A stretch of DNA of 64,000 bases, taken from positions 1,824,001 through 1,888,000 of the forward strand of contig OZ242311.1 in the NCBI GenBank assembly GCA_965207885.1. Reading direction: 5' to 3'. Positions within the stretch are counted from its first letter, which is position 1. Each line of letters begins with the position of its first letter. This DNA comes from Candidatus Latescibacterota bacterium. GTDB taxonomy: Bacteria; Latescibacterota; UBA2968. Both the position numbers and the translations under genes were made by a program. The notes beneath the pieces are model-generated. The model was not told the origin of the DNA. It was given only the letters and a program-made list of their open reading frames with translations, and searched no databases. Shown here one piece after another: positions 29,423-39,997 of the stretch.

Positions 29423-30334
29423 ATGCCAGAAACAAAAAAAATCGTCCGGTCGGAACCCTTTGTAATCAACAAAAACATGGGCAGCCCGATGGCGATATCC
29501 GCCAGAGACCTCACGCCAAAAAATGCGGATGGTCTCCCCGTAGTCTTGCCAACGGAAAAACAAAAATACGACTTTGATCGCAATGGGTGGCTCTTAATCC
29601 CCGGCGTACTCTCCAAAGACGAATGCGACGAAATGCGGACCTTTGCCGAACGACTGGCCAAAGACCCCGAAAGCATACCCGAACACGAACGCTGTCCGCT
29701 TGGCGGACCACTGCAAAAATTAGCCGATCACCCCGTTATCGTCGGATTTATGAATGAATTCGTGGCATATCCACCCCTCGCCAACGACGAGCGATATGGA
29801 TTCAGACTGGAAACATCCCACCTGTTCTACCGCGATGCTGAAACACCCGGAAAATTTAGTCCACATAATGGCAATGGCCTGTTTCGCATGCCCTGGGACT
29901 CCCACTTTTACCGGTGCATCCCCGGCAAAGCCTGGAGCGGACTAACGCGCGTCGTATGGGAATTTAACCCCGTCAAAAAAGGCCAGGGTAGCACATTATT
30001 TGTACCGGGCAGCCACAAAGCCGCTTATCCAGCACCCGAAACCGTCCGCGACCCCGACTCAACCATGTGGGAAACATATAGCTGCCCACCCGGATCGCTA
30101 TTGTTCTTCACCGAAGCAATCACGCACAGCGCACATCCCTGGACCAACACCGAAAACAATCGCCTCGCCGTATTCAACCTCTACAACATCGTCGCGAGCC
30201 GATGGCATTCGTGGTTGCCCCCCGAAAAACTCATCGAATCCATGCCACCCCTCAGACAAACGCTCTTCAGCGAACCGTACAACGAAAAAGTGGATACATT
30301 TTTCCCGCGCACAACAGCGTATATGGACGGGTGA
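29423..30334 (+). CDS. PhyH-family Fe/2OG enzyme (HxG variant)
   Basis: FDRNGWL, PHNGNG, VPGSHK, THS. Confidence 0.85.
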   Translation: MPETKKIVRSEPFVINKNMGSPMAISARDLTPKNADGLPVVLPTEKQKYDFDRNGWLLIPGVLSKDECDEMRTFAERLAKDPESIPEHERCPLGGPLQKLADHPVIVGFMNEFVAYPPLANDERYGFRLETSHLFYRDAETPGKFSPHNGNGLFRMPWDSHFYRCIPGKAWSGLTRVVWEFNPVKKGQGSTLFVPGSHKAAYPAPETVRDPDSTMWETYSCPPGSLLFFTEAITHSAHPWTNTENNRLAVFNLYNIVASRWHSWLPPEKLIESMPPLRQTLFSEPYNEKVDTFFPRTTAYMDG

Positions 30335-30351
30335 ATAAAAAGGAGATCGAC

Positions 30352-31251
30352 ATGGACAGCAACGGAACAGTAACACCTTATATCATCGACAAAAATCTGG
30401 GCAGCCCAATGGACGACTACTCAGATACATTGCCAAAGAAAAATGGCGATGGGTTAGACATCATCGAACCGACCACAGAGCAGAAGTACCGGTTCGACAA
30501 AGACGGGTGGCTCTTAGTCCCCGGCGTACTGAGCGAACAGGACATCAAAGAAATGCGGGAATATTGTATTCAACTGCACTTCGACCCCGAATCGCTCCCC
30601 GAACACGAACGCACCCCGCTGGCAGGTCCAACACAGAAATTGATAGATCACCCTCTGGTAGTCGGCATGATGAACGAATTCATGGCCAATCCCCGCTTAT
30701 CAAGCCCCAATTGTTATGGATTCAGTTTGGCCGCCAATGGACTCTGGTACAGAACCGCACCCAATCGGCGCAATGAAGGCAAAAGAGAAGCCCGTCAGTT
30801 TAGCCCACACAACGGCAATGGACTATATCGCCTGCCCGGCGACGCGCACTACTACAACGCCTTTCCCGGCAAAGCCAACAGCCCACATACGCGCGTGGTT
30901 TGGGAATTGAACCCCGTCAAACACAAACAGGGCGGCACACTCCTCGTAACGGGCAGCCACAAAGCCGTGTACACCGCGCCCGACGAAATACAAGACCCCG
31001 ATTCCGGCATCTGGACAACCTATTCATGTCCGGCAGGCTCGGTCCTGTTTTTTGCAGAAGCGACAACACACAGCGCGTATCCGTGGATCAATGAAGAAAA
31101 CGACCGCATTGCCATTGCCAACCTCTACAACTTCGTAGATGGCGGTCACGCCAGATTGCTGAGACCAGACCCCCGCATCCTGAAATCCATGCCCCCGATT
31201 CGCCAGACCCTGTTCAGAGAGCGATTTGCCGGTCAAAATGTCGTCAGGTGA
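30352..31251 (+). CDS. PhyH-family Fe/2OG enzyme (HxG variant), close paralog of upstream gene
   Basis: FDKDGWL, PHNGNG, GSHK, THS; shares long blocks with 29423-30334. Confidence 0.85.
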   Translation: MDSNGTVTPYIIDKNLGSPMDDYSDTLPKKNGDGLDIIEPTTEQKYRFDKDGWLLVPGVLSEQDIKEMREYCIQLHFDPESLPEHERTPLAGPTQKLIDHPLVVGMMNEFMANPRLSSPNCYGFSLAANGLWYRTAPNRRNEGKREARQFSPHNGNGLYRLPGDAHYYNAFPGKANSPHTRVVWELNPVKHKQGGTLLVTGSHKAVYTAPDEIQDPDSGIWTTYSCPAGSVLFFAEATTHSAYPWINEENDRIAIANLYNFVDGGHARLLRPDPRILKSMPPIRQTLFRERFAGQNVVR

Positions 31252-31258
31252 GAACATC

Positions 31259-32647
31259 ATGGCCGAAAATCGACCCAATATCCTGTTCATAATGACCGAT
31301 GAGCAGCGATTTGACCATCTGGGAAGCGTAAACCCCGCGGTAAAAACACCGCACATAGACGCGCTGGCCAATGACGGCGTTCTATTCCCCCGGGCATATA
31401 CGCCCAATCCATCCTGTGTACCTGCACGGGCGGGAATATTCACGGGAAAATATCCACACCAGTGCGCGGCACCCACCTTTATCACCTACTTGCCAGCGCA
31501 CGAAAAGACATTCATGAGTTATTTGCAGGAAGCGGGATATTACACAGCAGTAATTGGAAAACAGCACTTTGGCGAATCGAAAATTGAACGGGGTTATAAC
31601 TACGAAGATATTATAGACAGCCACAGCCCCGCACCTCAGAATCCAAATCGCAACTCCTATAACCAGTGGTTATGGGACTCTGGATTTAAGCACCGCAACG
31701 AACTGATACAGGGAAATCCCGACATCAGAAGATATTCGGAATGGAAAGCGAACCCAAAATACCACGTCGATCACTACGTAGGCGACCGGGGCCGCGAATG
31801 GATCGAAAGCGGCATGCCCGAAAATCGCCCCTGGTTTTGCTGGATCTCATTTCCAGGACCACATGGACCCATTGACTGTGGCAACTTACCCCAGGCCGAC
31901 CTGTACGACCCGGCAGACATCGACATGCCAGAGACAGACTTTGAGATGCTGTCACAAAAACCCCCGCACAATTCACTTCGCGGCGGCCCCGTGCGCCAAC
32001 AGCCTTTTACAAAAGATGAAATACGTAAACTTCGGCACGCTTATTACGCAAACGTAACACTCATAGATGAAAAAATCGGCGCAATCGTCCAGGCATTAAA
32101 AAATAGCGGCACCTATGACAACACCCTCATATTCTTCACCAGCGACCACGGCGATTTCATGGGCGACTTCCAGCTCATGGCAAAAGGACAAAACATAATG
32201 GAAGTGCTCATGCGCATACCCTTTATAATCAAACCCCCCAAAGGCGGCGTACGCGGAAAACAGGAAACATCTCTCATCTCGGCAATTGATATTGCAGCCA
32301 CATGTCTGACCGCCGCAGGCGCAGAAGTGCCCGAACACATGGCATCACGCGACCTGTCTCATTATTGGTCCCACGCGGAAGACCTGGATGACCGGGACGA
32401 ATTGTACATGGAAGCATCGGGCATTCGGTGTTTGCGCACCCGGCGCTGGAAAATAGGGTACTATTGGAACAAACCCTATGGTGAACTCTACGACCTGAAA
32501 AACGACCCGTGGGAAAAAGAAAACCTGTGGGACCGCCAGGAATTAACAGCGTTAAAATCCAAATTACAAAAACGCTTACTGGACAAACTGATTGAATTAA
32601 GCCCGCGGTCTTATATCGCGTGGAATCACGGCGCACCTGAGTTATAA
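31259..32647 (+). CDS. Cys-type sulfatase
   Basis: PNILFIMTDE, CVPARAGIFTG, GKQH, SDHG, ELYDL. Confidence 0.95.
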   Translation: MAENRPNILFIMTDEQRFDHLGSVNPAVKTPHIDALANDGVLFPRAYTPNPSCVPARAGIFTGKYPHQCAAPTFITYLPAHEKTFMSYLQEAGYYTAVIGKQHFGESKIERGYNYEDIIDSHSPAPQNPNRNSYNQWLWDSGFKHRNELIQGNPDIRRYSEWKANPKYHVDHYVGDRGREWIESGMPENRPWFCWISFPGPHGPIDCGNLPQADLYDPADIDMPETDFEMLSQKPPHNSLRGGPVRQQPFTKDEIRKLRHAYYANVTLIDEKIGAIVQALKNSGTYDNTLIFFTSDHGDFMGDFQLMAKGQNIMEVLMRIPFIIKPPKGGVRGKQETSLISAIDIAATCLTAAGAEVPEHMASRDLSHYWSHAEDLDDRDELYMEASGIRCLRTRRWKIGYYWNKPYGELYDLKNDPWEKENLWDRQELTALKSKLQKRLLDKLIELSPRSYIAWNHGAPEL

Positions 32648-32659
32648 GGAACCTCGTAT

Positions 32660-33679
32660 ATGAACGGATATCGGATTGGAATTGTAGGATGCGGTGGGAT
32701 AGCACATCGGCACATTGCGGGATATCGGAAAGTCGCGCACGACCTGGGAGAAGTCGTCGCAGGATGTGACATAGACAAAGAGCAACTAAATAGATATTGC
32801 GACCAATACGACATACCCAACCGCTTCACAAATGCGGCAGACATGATCGCATCGGGAGAAGTCGATATCATCAGCCTGTTAACACCCCCTGCTGTGCGCC
32901 ATGACGTAATCTTCCCCGCAATTGAAAAAGGTATCCATCTCCTCGTCGAAAAACCATTCGGCGAAACATTGTGCGATGCAGTCTCCTTTGTCGAAGCCGC
33001 GGAAAAAGCAGGCGTAACCCTGGCGGTCAACCACCAACTGGGATTCATGGAAGACGTCGTCGCAATGCGCGACATCATCAACTCGGGTGATATTGGCGAC
33101 ATACGTTATATATCGCACGACGAATTAAAAAACAGGACCCGGGTACGCGGGTGGCGAAGCCGGGAACAGCGCCTGGAAATCAGTATCTTCAGCATACACC
33201 TCATCGACCGCATCCGCACACTGGCAGATAGACCGCCCCAAAGCGTATCAGCCGTAACCCGCCATTGGAATCCAGACGTCAAAGGCGAAACCTTTACCAG
33301 CTTGACAGTACAATTTGAAAATGGCATCGTCGGCACCATGATCTCCAACTGGCATGGCTTAACCCTATCGGAATGTCGATTGCGCATAGACGCCACAAAA
33401 GGCTCTGTACTATCAGTCAAAAAAGTCGTACTTGACGACACAGCCACATTGCACATCCATCCCCTGAATAAAAAAAAGGAAACACGCGAATTCAATCGCG
33501 AAGGGGCATTCACGCACGCAATGGGTGAAAGCATGAATCACCTGATGGACTCGGCGCGGCGCGGCGCAGAACCCATGCACAGTGGGCGAGGGAATTTACA
33601 CACCATGCAAATTGTCGATGCGGCCTATTTATCGGCACAACGCGGCGGACAAATGGTAGAAGTAGCGGAAATAAAATAA
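32660..33679 (+). CDS. Gfo/Idh/MocA oxidoreductase
   Basis: GIVGCGGIA, VEKP, H..D motifs. Confidence 0.92.
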   Translation: MNGYRIGIVGCGGIAHRHIAGYRKVAHDLGEVVAGCDIDKEQLNRYCDQYDIPNRFTNAADMIASGEVDIISLLTPPAVRHDVIFPAIEKGIHLLVEKPFGETLCDAVSFVEAAEKAGVTLAVNHQLGFMEDVVAMRDIINSGDIGDIRYISHDELKNRTRVRGWRSREQRLEISIFSIHLIDRIRTLADRPPQSVSAVTRHWNPDVKGETFTSLTVQFENGIVGTMISNWHGLTLSECRLRIDATKGSVLSVKKVVLDDTATLHIHPLNKKKETREFNREGAFTHAMGESMNHLMDSARRGAEPMHSGRGNLHTMQIVDAAYLSAQRGGQMVEVAEIK

Positions 33680-33695
33680 TACTGGAGGAACGGAA

Positions 33696-34496
33696 ATGAC
33701 CACAGATTGCCCCACAACCCCTGAAGATATCGCGCAATATCAAAAAAAGGGCTTCATCAGCTATCCCAACTTCTTCACGCCCGAAGACCTCTGGGAACTC
33801 GCAGACGCGCTCGACCACGCCGTAGCAATCAACCGCGCCAGAATCAAAGGCGCAGAAAACGCGGGACGAGGCAGACCCGAATACGAACTCGTATTTAACC
33901 AAATGGTCAACCTCTGGACCGACTATGCAGGCGCGCGAAAAATCGCCCTGAACAAACGCCTCGCAGAATCCGCCCGCCGACTATCACAAGCCAAACAAAT
34001 CCGCATCTATCACGACCACGCACTCATAAAACCACCCGGCGTCAAAAGCCGGGAAACCAACTGGCACCAGGACTTCCCGTACTGGTCTGGCATGGACCGT
34101 CCGGGCGCACTCTCCGCCTGGATCGCAATCGATGATGTCTATATCGAAAACGGCTGCATGCACTTCGTCCCCGGAAGCCACAAATTCGGCAAACAAGAAA
34201 GCGTGAGCCTGACCACTCAGGGCGCAAGCATCGTCCAAAAAATGAAAGAACGCGGACACAAAGTCGCCGAACCGGAAACCATAGAACTGCCAGCCGGCGG
34301 CGTCACCTTCCACCACGGATGCAACTTCCACTATGCGGGACCAAACCTCAGCGACAAACCCCGCCGCGCATTTGCCATCATCTACATTCCCGACTACGTC
34401 CTCTTCACCGGCAAAAATGACGCAGCGGGCGCGCAAGACGAAATGGAAATCGGCAAACCCTGGGATCACCCCCTGCATCCCGTAATCGCCGGATAG
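33696..34496 (+). CDS. PhyH-family Fe/2OG dioxygenase
   Basis: KPP, WHQD, ENGCM.FVPGSH, FHYAGPN..PRR. Confidence 0.93.
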   Translation: MTTDCPTTPEDIAQYQKKGFISYPNFFTPEDLWELADALDHAVAINRARIKGAENAGRGRPEYELVFNQMVNLWTDYAGARKIALNKRLAESARRLSQAKQIRIYHDHALIKPPGVKSRETNWHQDFPYWSGMDRPGALSAWIAIDDVYIENGCMHFVPGSHKFGKQESVSLTTQGASIVQKMKERGHKVAEPETIELPAGGVTFHHGCNFHYAGPNLSDKPRRAFAIIYIPDYVLFTGKNDAAGAQDEMEIGKPWDHPLHPVIAG

Positions 34497-34508
34497 AGGA
34501 GGCTCAAA

Positions 34509-35471
34509 ATGTTGACCCGTGAACAATGTGAATCATACCAGCGCGACGGCTATCTCTTAGTCCCCGACCTCTTCTCAAAAGAGCAACTGGCACCCGCGCT
34601 CGAAGTCGCAGAACAAAATGCCTACGGCAAATCTCACGAAGAATTCAACGCCGAAATAGATGCCCATCCCGAAATCGCAGAAACACTCATCAGACCAAAA
34701 GGCCGCCGCAGCTTTGGCGGACCCCGTGCGGAGTTTCACGACATCCCAACGGGAATTGACGCCATTGACCGCACCCTTGAACACGAACCCTTTTTAGACG
34801 CCCTCTCCCAACTCTTAGACACACCCGACATGCACTACCACCACGGCTTTGTCTATGCCCGCAGCGGCCGCCTGGACCGGGGAACCCCTAAAGAACCCTG
34901 GCAGGGCTTCCACATCGACTGGGCAAAACCCCTGCTACCCCCGCACCCGGAATGGCAACGCTACGGCCATATCCAGGCCTGGGTTTATTTAACCGACAAC
35001 GACGCAGACTGCGCCCCGGTCCGCGTATTGCCCGGTGCACACAGCAAAATGAACAAACTCATCCGCGACCCACTCGGAACAGAACACGCATCTTATCGCT
35101 TTGACGACATCCGCAAACTCCCCTTCAAATTCGAACCTGTCACCGCCACGGGAAAAACCGGAACCGTACTCTTTTACAGCTCACACACGCCCCATTCAGC
35201 ACAGGCATTCACCAACCCCAGAAAACAACGCGCAGTCCTCTTCTACGCAGTGGGCCGCAGAGACACCAGCACCTGGACACTCACGGAAAAACGAGACATA
35301 CAAGAACGCGGACGCCTGCGTCCCTTCCTGACAAAAACCACCGCAAGAGCACGCAGCCTCTTTGGCTGGCCCAATCCCGGCGACGACTTCTATACACCAG
35401 AAACGCTTAACCTCATCAAAAACGCCTATCCAGAAATGGACCTCAGTCCATATAAGGAATCTCGCCTATGA
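34509..35471 (+). CDS. PhyH-family Fe/2OG dioxygenase
   Basis: YQRDGY, FHID, YLTD, LPG.H, PHSA. Confidence 0.88.
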   Translation: MLTREQCESYQRDGYLLVPDLFSKEQLAPALEVAEQNAYGKSHEEFNAEIDAHPEIAETLIRPKGRRSFGGPRAEFHDIPTGIDAIDRTLEHEPFLDALSQLLDTPDMHYHHGFVYARSGRLDRGTPKEPWQGFHIDWAKPLLPPHPEWQRYGHIQAWVYLTDNDADCAPVRVLPGAHSKMNKLIRDPLGTEHASYRFDDIRKLPFKFEPVTATGKTGTVLFYSSHTPHSAQAFTNPRKQRAVLFYAVGRRDTSTWTLTEKRDIQERGRLRPFLTKTTARARSLFGWPNPGDDFYTPETLNLIKNAYPEMDLSPYKESRL

Positions 35472-37237
35472 CAGAACGCCCCAATGTAATCCTGATCTTA
35501 ACCGACGATCAGGGATATGGGGACTTGAGTTGCACGGGCAATCCCGTATTGCAAACGCCACACCTGGATCAATTATACGACCAGAGCGTGCGCCTGACCG
35601 ACTATCACGTAGATGCCATGTGTTCGCCCACAAGAGCCGCGCTCATGACCGGGCGATATGCCGCGCGCACCGGCGTATGGAGCACCCTGCGGGGCCGGTA
35701 TATCATGCGCCGGGACGAAATCACCATCGCCGACGCATTTGCGGACTCGGGCTATCGAACCGGCATCTTTGGCAAATGGCATCTGGGCGACAACTATCCC
35801 TATCGCCCTTTTGACCGGGGATTTCGGGAAACCCTGAGCTTTGGCGGCGGCGTAGTTGGAGAAATCCCGGACTACTGGGACAACGACAACTTTACCGCAA
35901 CATACCTCCGAAACGGCGCACCCGAACCGCACTCCTGTTATTGCACAGACGTATGGTTCAACGAAGCCATGCAATTTATGGAAACAGATCCGGAGGCCCC
36001 ATTCTTCTGCTACATCTCCACCAACGCCCCCCATGGCCCGTTCAACGTACACGAAAAATACAGCGCACCTTATTTGCAACAGGGAATACCAAAACAGCGC
36101 GCGCGATTTTACGGCATGATCGCAAACATCGACGAAAACATCGGACGCCTCCGCCAGTGGCTCGCGGACAAGGAACTGGCAGAAAACACCATACTGATCT
36201 TCATGGGAGACAACGGCACATCCATGGGAACGGGAATAACCGCAGAAGGATATCCAACAGATGGATATAACGCGGGCATGCGCGGCAAAAAAACGTGGGT
36301 CTATGACGGCGGCCATCGCAACGCGTGCTTCATACACTGGCCCGCCGGAAAACTGACAGGCGGTCGCGATGTCGGACATCTAACCGCACACATCGACATA
36401 TTACCCACATTAATCGACCTCTGCAAACTCTCACCACCGGACGCAAAACTCGACGGCACCAGCCTCACACCCCTGTTGAACAACGCCTCTAACGACTGGT
36501 CCACACGCACCCTATTCGTACACCAGCAGCAAATTGATCACCCCAAAAAATACAAAGACTTCGCCGCCATGACCGACCGCTGGCGGCTCGTACACACGGG
36601 AACATGGCGCGCCCCACAATATGAACTATTCGACCACAAACGCGACCCCGAGCAAAAGCGCGACATAGCAGAACACCATCCCGATATCGTAAAAACACTG
36701 TGCGAAGACTATGAAAATTGGTGGGCTGACATCTCCCGGCGATTTGGCGAATACAGCGAAATCACAATCGGATCAAATCGCGAAAACCCCACAACACTAA
36801 CCGCGCACAGTTGGCACGGAAAAGAAGGAATTTACAGCCAGCGGCATGTGCGCCAAAAAGAGCGAGACAACGGATACTGGGCCATCGACATTGAACAAGA
36901 CGGAGAATACGAATTCGAACTACGCCGTTGGCCCATTGAAATCGACACATCGATCTGCGCAGCACTACCCGGCAGAACAGGCGTCCCTTATGTAGATGAT
37001 CTATTGCCGGGAGAAGCACTCCCCATCAAAACAGCAAAATTGCAAGTAGGCGACATCGTCCAACAAAAAGCAGTCAGCGAAAAAGACAAATACATCACCT
37101 TTCATCTATCACTCAAAAAAGGCTCAACCCGCGTACAGACCTGGTTTGACGATGGCATTGACGCACCACCCGGAGCCTACTATGTTTATGTGAAAAAAAT
37201 TACTAACATATTATCTGATAGACTGGATTGCGGCTAA
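35468..37237 (+). CDS. Arylsulfatase A-like Cys-type sulfatase with C-terminal extension
   Basis: [39 protein letters not shown]. Confidence 0.95.
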   Translation: MTERPNVILILTDDQGYGDLSCTGNPVLQTPHLDQLYDQSVRLTDYHVDAMCSPTRAALMTGRYAARTGVWSTLRGRYIMRRDEITIADAFADSGYRTGIFGKWHLGDNYPYRPFDRGFRETLSFGGGVVGEIPDYWDNDNFTATYLRNGAPEPHSCYCTDVWFNEAMQFMETDPEAPFFCYISTNAPHGPFNVHEKYSAPYLQQGIPKQRARFYGMIANIDENIGRLRQWLADKELAENTILIFMGDNGTSMGTGITAEGYPTDGYNAGMRGKKTWVYDGGHRNACFIHWPAGKLTGGRDVGHLTAHIDILPTLIDLCKLSPPDAKLDGTSLTPLLNNASNDWSTRTLFVHQQQIDHPKKYKDFAAMTDRWRLVHTGTWRAPQYELFDHKRDPEQKRDIAEHHPDIVKTLCEDYENWWADISRRFGEYSEITIGSNRENPTTLTAHSWHGKEGIYSQRHVRQKERDNGYWAIDIEQDGEYEFELRRWPIEIDTSICAALPGRTGVPYVDDLLPGEALPIKTAKLQVGDIVQQKAVSEKDKYITFHLSLKKGSTRVQTWFDDGIDAPPGAYYVYVKKITNILSDRLDCG

Positions 37238-37297
37238 AACCCTGCCGCAATGACAACCCCCGTTCGTCACGCCTGCATGTTTTAAGCAGGCGTCCAG
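37223..37297. repeat. Paired palindromic (REP-like) element, related copy at 63137-63196
   Basis: ctggattgcggc..gccgcaatgac and gtcacgcctgc..gcaggcgtccag form an inverted pair of hairpins. Confidence 0.75.
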
Positions 37298-37352
37298 TGG
37301 ATTCAGCCAAGAAACTTAACAGGCGACTATCTGAACAATAAGGAGTCTATCA

Positions 37353-38618
37353 ATGGCATCACGCGTAACGGGTGTTCCCCGACCGGTTGGTATATCTGTT
37401 TACGATCCCGAGCGTAGCTGGAATGGCTATACGGTCTATGCTGGCGGTGAAATAATTGATATGAACGGCAATCTGGTAAAGCATTTTGATTTATCACAAC
37501 TGGGCAAAATAATGCCTGGGGGGTATATACTCGGTGACCGGCGTTACAACGGCCCCCGCATGGAACGGGGGCGCGAACTCGTTCAGTTGGATTGGGATGG
37601 GAATGAAGTCTGGCACTACAATAAAACTGAGCAAATCGAGATTGATAAGAAAAAAATCTGGTCCGCCAAGCAACACCACGACTTTGAGCGCGAGGGCAGT
37701 CCAACCGGGTATTATGCGCCGGGTTTAGATCCCATTATAGAAGGCGGAAATACAATAGTGCTCGCAGCAAAAGAAGTGGAAAGGCCACATATCGCACCTG
37801 GCGTGCTGCATGGCGATTGTATTTTGGAAGTAAATTGGAACGGCGACACCGTGTGGGAATGGCAAAGCGTGGATCACTTTGATGAAATGGATTTCAGCGA
37901 AGAAGCAAAAAATGCGATTTACCGGGGAGGGCGCGTCGGAGCAGATCCCTATGACTGGGTACACTCCAACAGTGTATCCTATTTGGGACCAAACAAATGG
38001 TATGATGCTGGCGACGAGCGATTTCATCCAGATAATTTTATCTGGGATGGACGACATACCAACACAATCGCAATAATCAGCAAAGAGACTGGTAAAATCG
38101 CCTGGAAGGTCGGGCCAGATTATTCACTGACATCCGAACTGCGGGCATTGGGCTGGATCATTGGACTACATCACGCGCATATGATACCAAAAGGCTTGCC
38201 CGGTGAAGGAAACATCCTGGTATTCGACAATGGCGGTGCTGCTGGATATGGCGCACCGAATCCAGGTGCTCCCAACGGGAGGATGAACGCAGTACGAGAT
38301 TATTCTCGTGTGGTAGAATTCGATCCAATAACACTGGAACTCGTGTGGGAGTATTCCGCGCTCAAGGCGGATGGCGACCGGATCCGCGCCTGCCGTTTTT
38401 ATAGCCGACCGTGGAGTTCTGCACAGCGCTTGCCCAATGGCAATACACTGATTTGCGAAGGGGCAGGAGGTCGGCTTTTTGAAGTCACTCCCGAACTCGA
38501 AATTGTGTGGGAATTTATCAGCCCTCACGAAACGTGCTATCGCGCTTATCGCGTGCCATACGAGTGGATCCCACAACTGGACAAACCAGAGGAAATAGCT
38601 ATCACAATTAAAAACTGA
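37353..38618 (+). CDS. Aryl-sulfate sulfotransferase (ASST-like beta-propeller)
   Basis: QHHD, DWVHSN, G.HHA, LVFDNG, SRVVE, SSAQRLPNGNTLI. Confidence 0.85.
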   Translation: MASRVTGVPRPVGISVYDPERSWNGYTVYAGGEIIDMNGNLVKHFDLSQLGKIMPGGYILGDRRYNGPRMERGRELVQLDWDGNEVWHYNKTEQIEIDKKKIWSAKQHHDFEREGSPTGYYAPGLDPIIEGGNTIVLAAKEVERPHIAPGVLHGDCILEVNWNGDTVWEWQSVDHFDEMDFSEEAKNAIYRGGRVGADPYDWVHSNSVSYLGPNKWYDAGDERFHPDNFIWDGRHTNTIAIISKETGKIAWKVGPDYSLTSELRALGWIIGLHHAHMIPKGLPGEGNILVFDNGGAAGYGAPNPGAPNGRMNAVRDYSRVVEFDPITLELVWEYSALKADGDRIRACRFYSRPWSSAQRLPNGNTLICEGAGGRLFEVTPELEIVWEFISPHETCYRAYRVPYEWIPQLDKPEEIAITIKN

Positions 38619-38620
38619 CG

Positions 38621-38720
38621 TTTGTCATTTTGAGCGGAGCGCAGCGGAGTCGAAAAATCTACGACCAACGCAGGTGGAAGGGATGCTTCGGCTCCGTTTC
38701 ACTCCGCTCAGCATGACAAA
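38621..38720. repeat. 100-bp palindromic intergenic repeat
   Basis: tttgtcattttgagcggag...ctccgctcagcatgacaaa inverted arms with internal hairpins. Confidence 0.8.
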
Positions 38721-38765
38721 GTCCCCAAACCTGTGTAACATCAGTTAAATAGTAAAGGAGCATAA

Positions 38766-39902
38766 ATGAAAATCACTGATCTACACGTAATGCGCATGGG
38801 CACACCGGGACAGGGTGGAACAAACTGGACATTTGTAAAAATCGAAACCGACGCCGGCATATACGGATTGGGCGAAGCCAGTCTGCAATACAAGGACGAA
38901 GGATTAATAGCGGAATTTGGCGCATTCAAGCGATATTTAATCGGCAAAAACCCCTTTGAAATCGAACGACTATGGACATCCCTATATCGGCGCGTCACCT
39001 GGTCTGGCGGACCCGTAACCACCAGTGCCATCAGTGCCATTGACCTCGCCCTATGGGACATCAAAGGCAAAGCACTCGGCGTACCCGTATATGAATTACT
39101 CGGCGGCAAATCCCACGACAAAATACGCATGTACGCCAACGGCTGGCCCAGAAAAGGAAACACCCCCGAAGGCATCTTCGAAGGCGTAAAACAAGTCGTA
39201 GGTCAAGGCTATACAGCGTTAAAATTCTATCCCTTTGCCGGAGAACAAGTCGCAAAAATCGACCGAATAGAACACGGTGTCGCGCTCGTAGAAGCCGCGC
39301 GAGAAGCCGCCGGACCGCAAGTCGAAATCGGCATTGACATACGCGCACGGTTAAACATCTGGAGTGCGCGCCGGGTCGCACAAGCACTCGAACCATACAA
39401 CATCGCCTGGATGGAAGAACCCATCTTGTGGGACAACCCCGAAGCCCTCGCGCAATTTGCCCATGAAGTGCGCGTACCCATTGCAACGGGCGAACAACTG
39501 TACACCCGATGGGGATTCCGCTCACTATTAGAACTGAATGCCGTAGGCATCATCCAGCCGGACATCTGCCACGCGGGCGGCATCACCGAACTGAAAAAAA
39601 TCGCGGCAATGGCCGAAACATATTACGTAACCGTAGCACCGCACAACTCCAACGGACCAATCTCCACCATCGCCAGCCTGCACCTGGACCTCTGCATACA
39701 CAACAGTTTAATGCAGGAAATATTCCTATCCTCCATCGACCTCTACAACGAAGTCCTCACACAACCCATCGAAGTAATCGATGGCTATTGCATCCCACCT
39801 GAAGGACCTGGCTGGGGCGTGGATTTAAAAGAGGATATCCTGGCAAAATACCCCCCCAAACCATTTACACCCATAGAATCAGAGCCTTATGTAGAATTTT
39901 GA
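38766..39902 (+). CDS. Mandelate racemase/enolase superfamily acid-sugar dehydratase (DgoD-like)
   Basis: SAIDLALWDIKGK, EEP, ATGE, QPD, APHN. Confidence 0.9.
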   Translation: MKITDLHVMRMGTPGQGGTNWTFVKIETDAGIYGLGEASLQYKDEGLIAEFGAFKRYLIGKNPFEIERLWTSLYRRVTWSGGPVTTSAISAIDLALWDIKGKALGVPVYELLGGKSHDKIRMYANGWPRKGNTPEGIFEGVKQVVGQGYTALKFYPFAGEQVAKIDRIEHGVALVEAAREAAGPQVEIGIDIRARLNIWSARRVAQALEPYNIAWMEEPILWDNPEALAQFAHEVRVPIATGEQLYTRWGFRSLLELNAVGIIQPDICHAGGITELKKIAAMAETYYVTVAPHNSNGPISTIASLHLDLCIHNSLMQEIFLSSIDLYNEVLTQPIEVIDGYCIPPEGPGWGVDLKEDILAKYPPKPFTPIESEPYVEF

Positions 39903-39907
39903 AAGGC

Positions 39908-39975
39908 GGGCGACCACGGGGGGGCGCCCCTACAAACCACAACATCATCGTAGGGGACGGCCCCTGTGCCGTCCC
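39908..39975. repeat. GTAG-type REP doublet
   Basis: gggcgaccac..gcccctac, spacer, gtaggggacggcccctgtgccgtccc in inverted arrangement. Confidence 0.7.
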
Positions 39976-39997
39976 ACCAATTTACACAGGAGAAACC

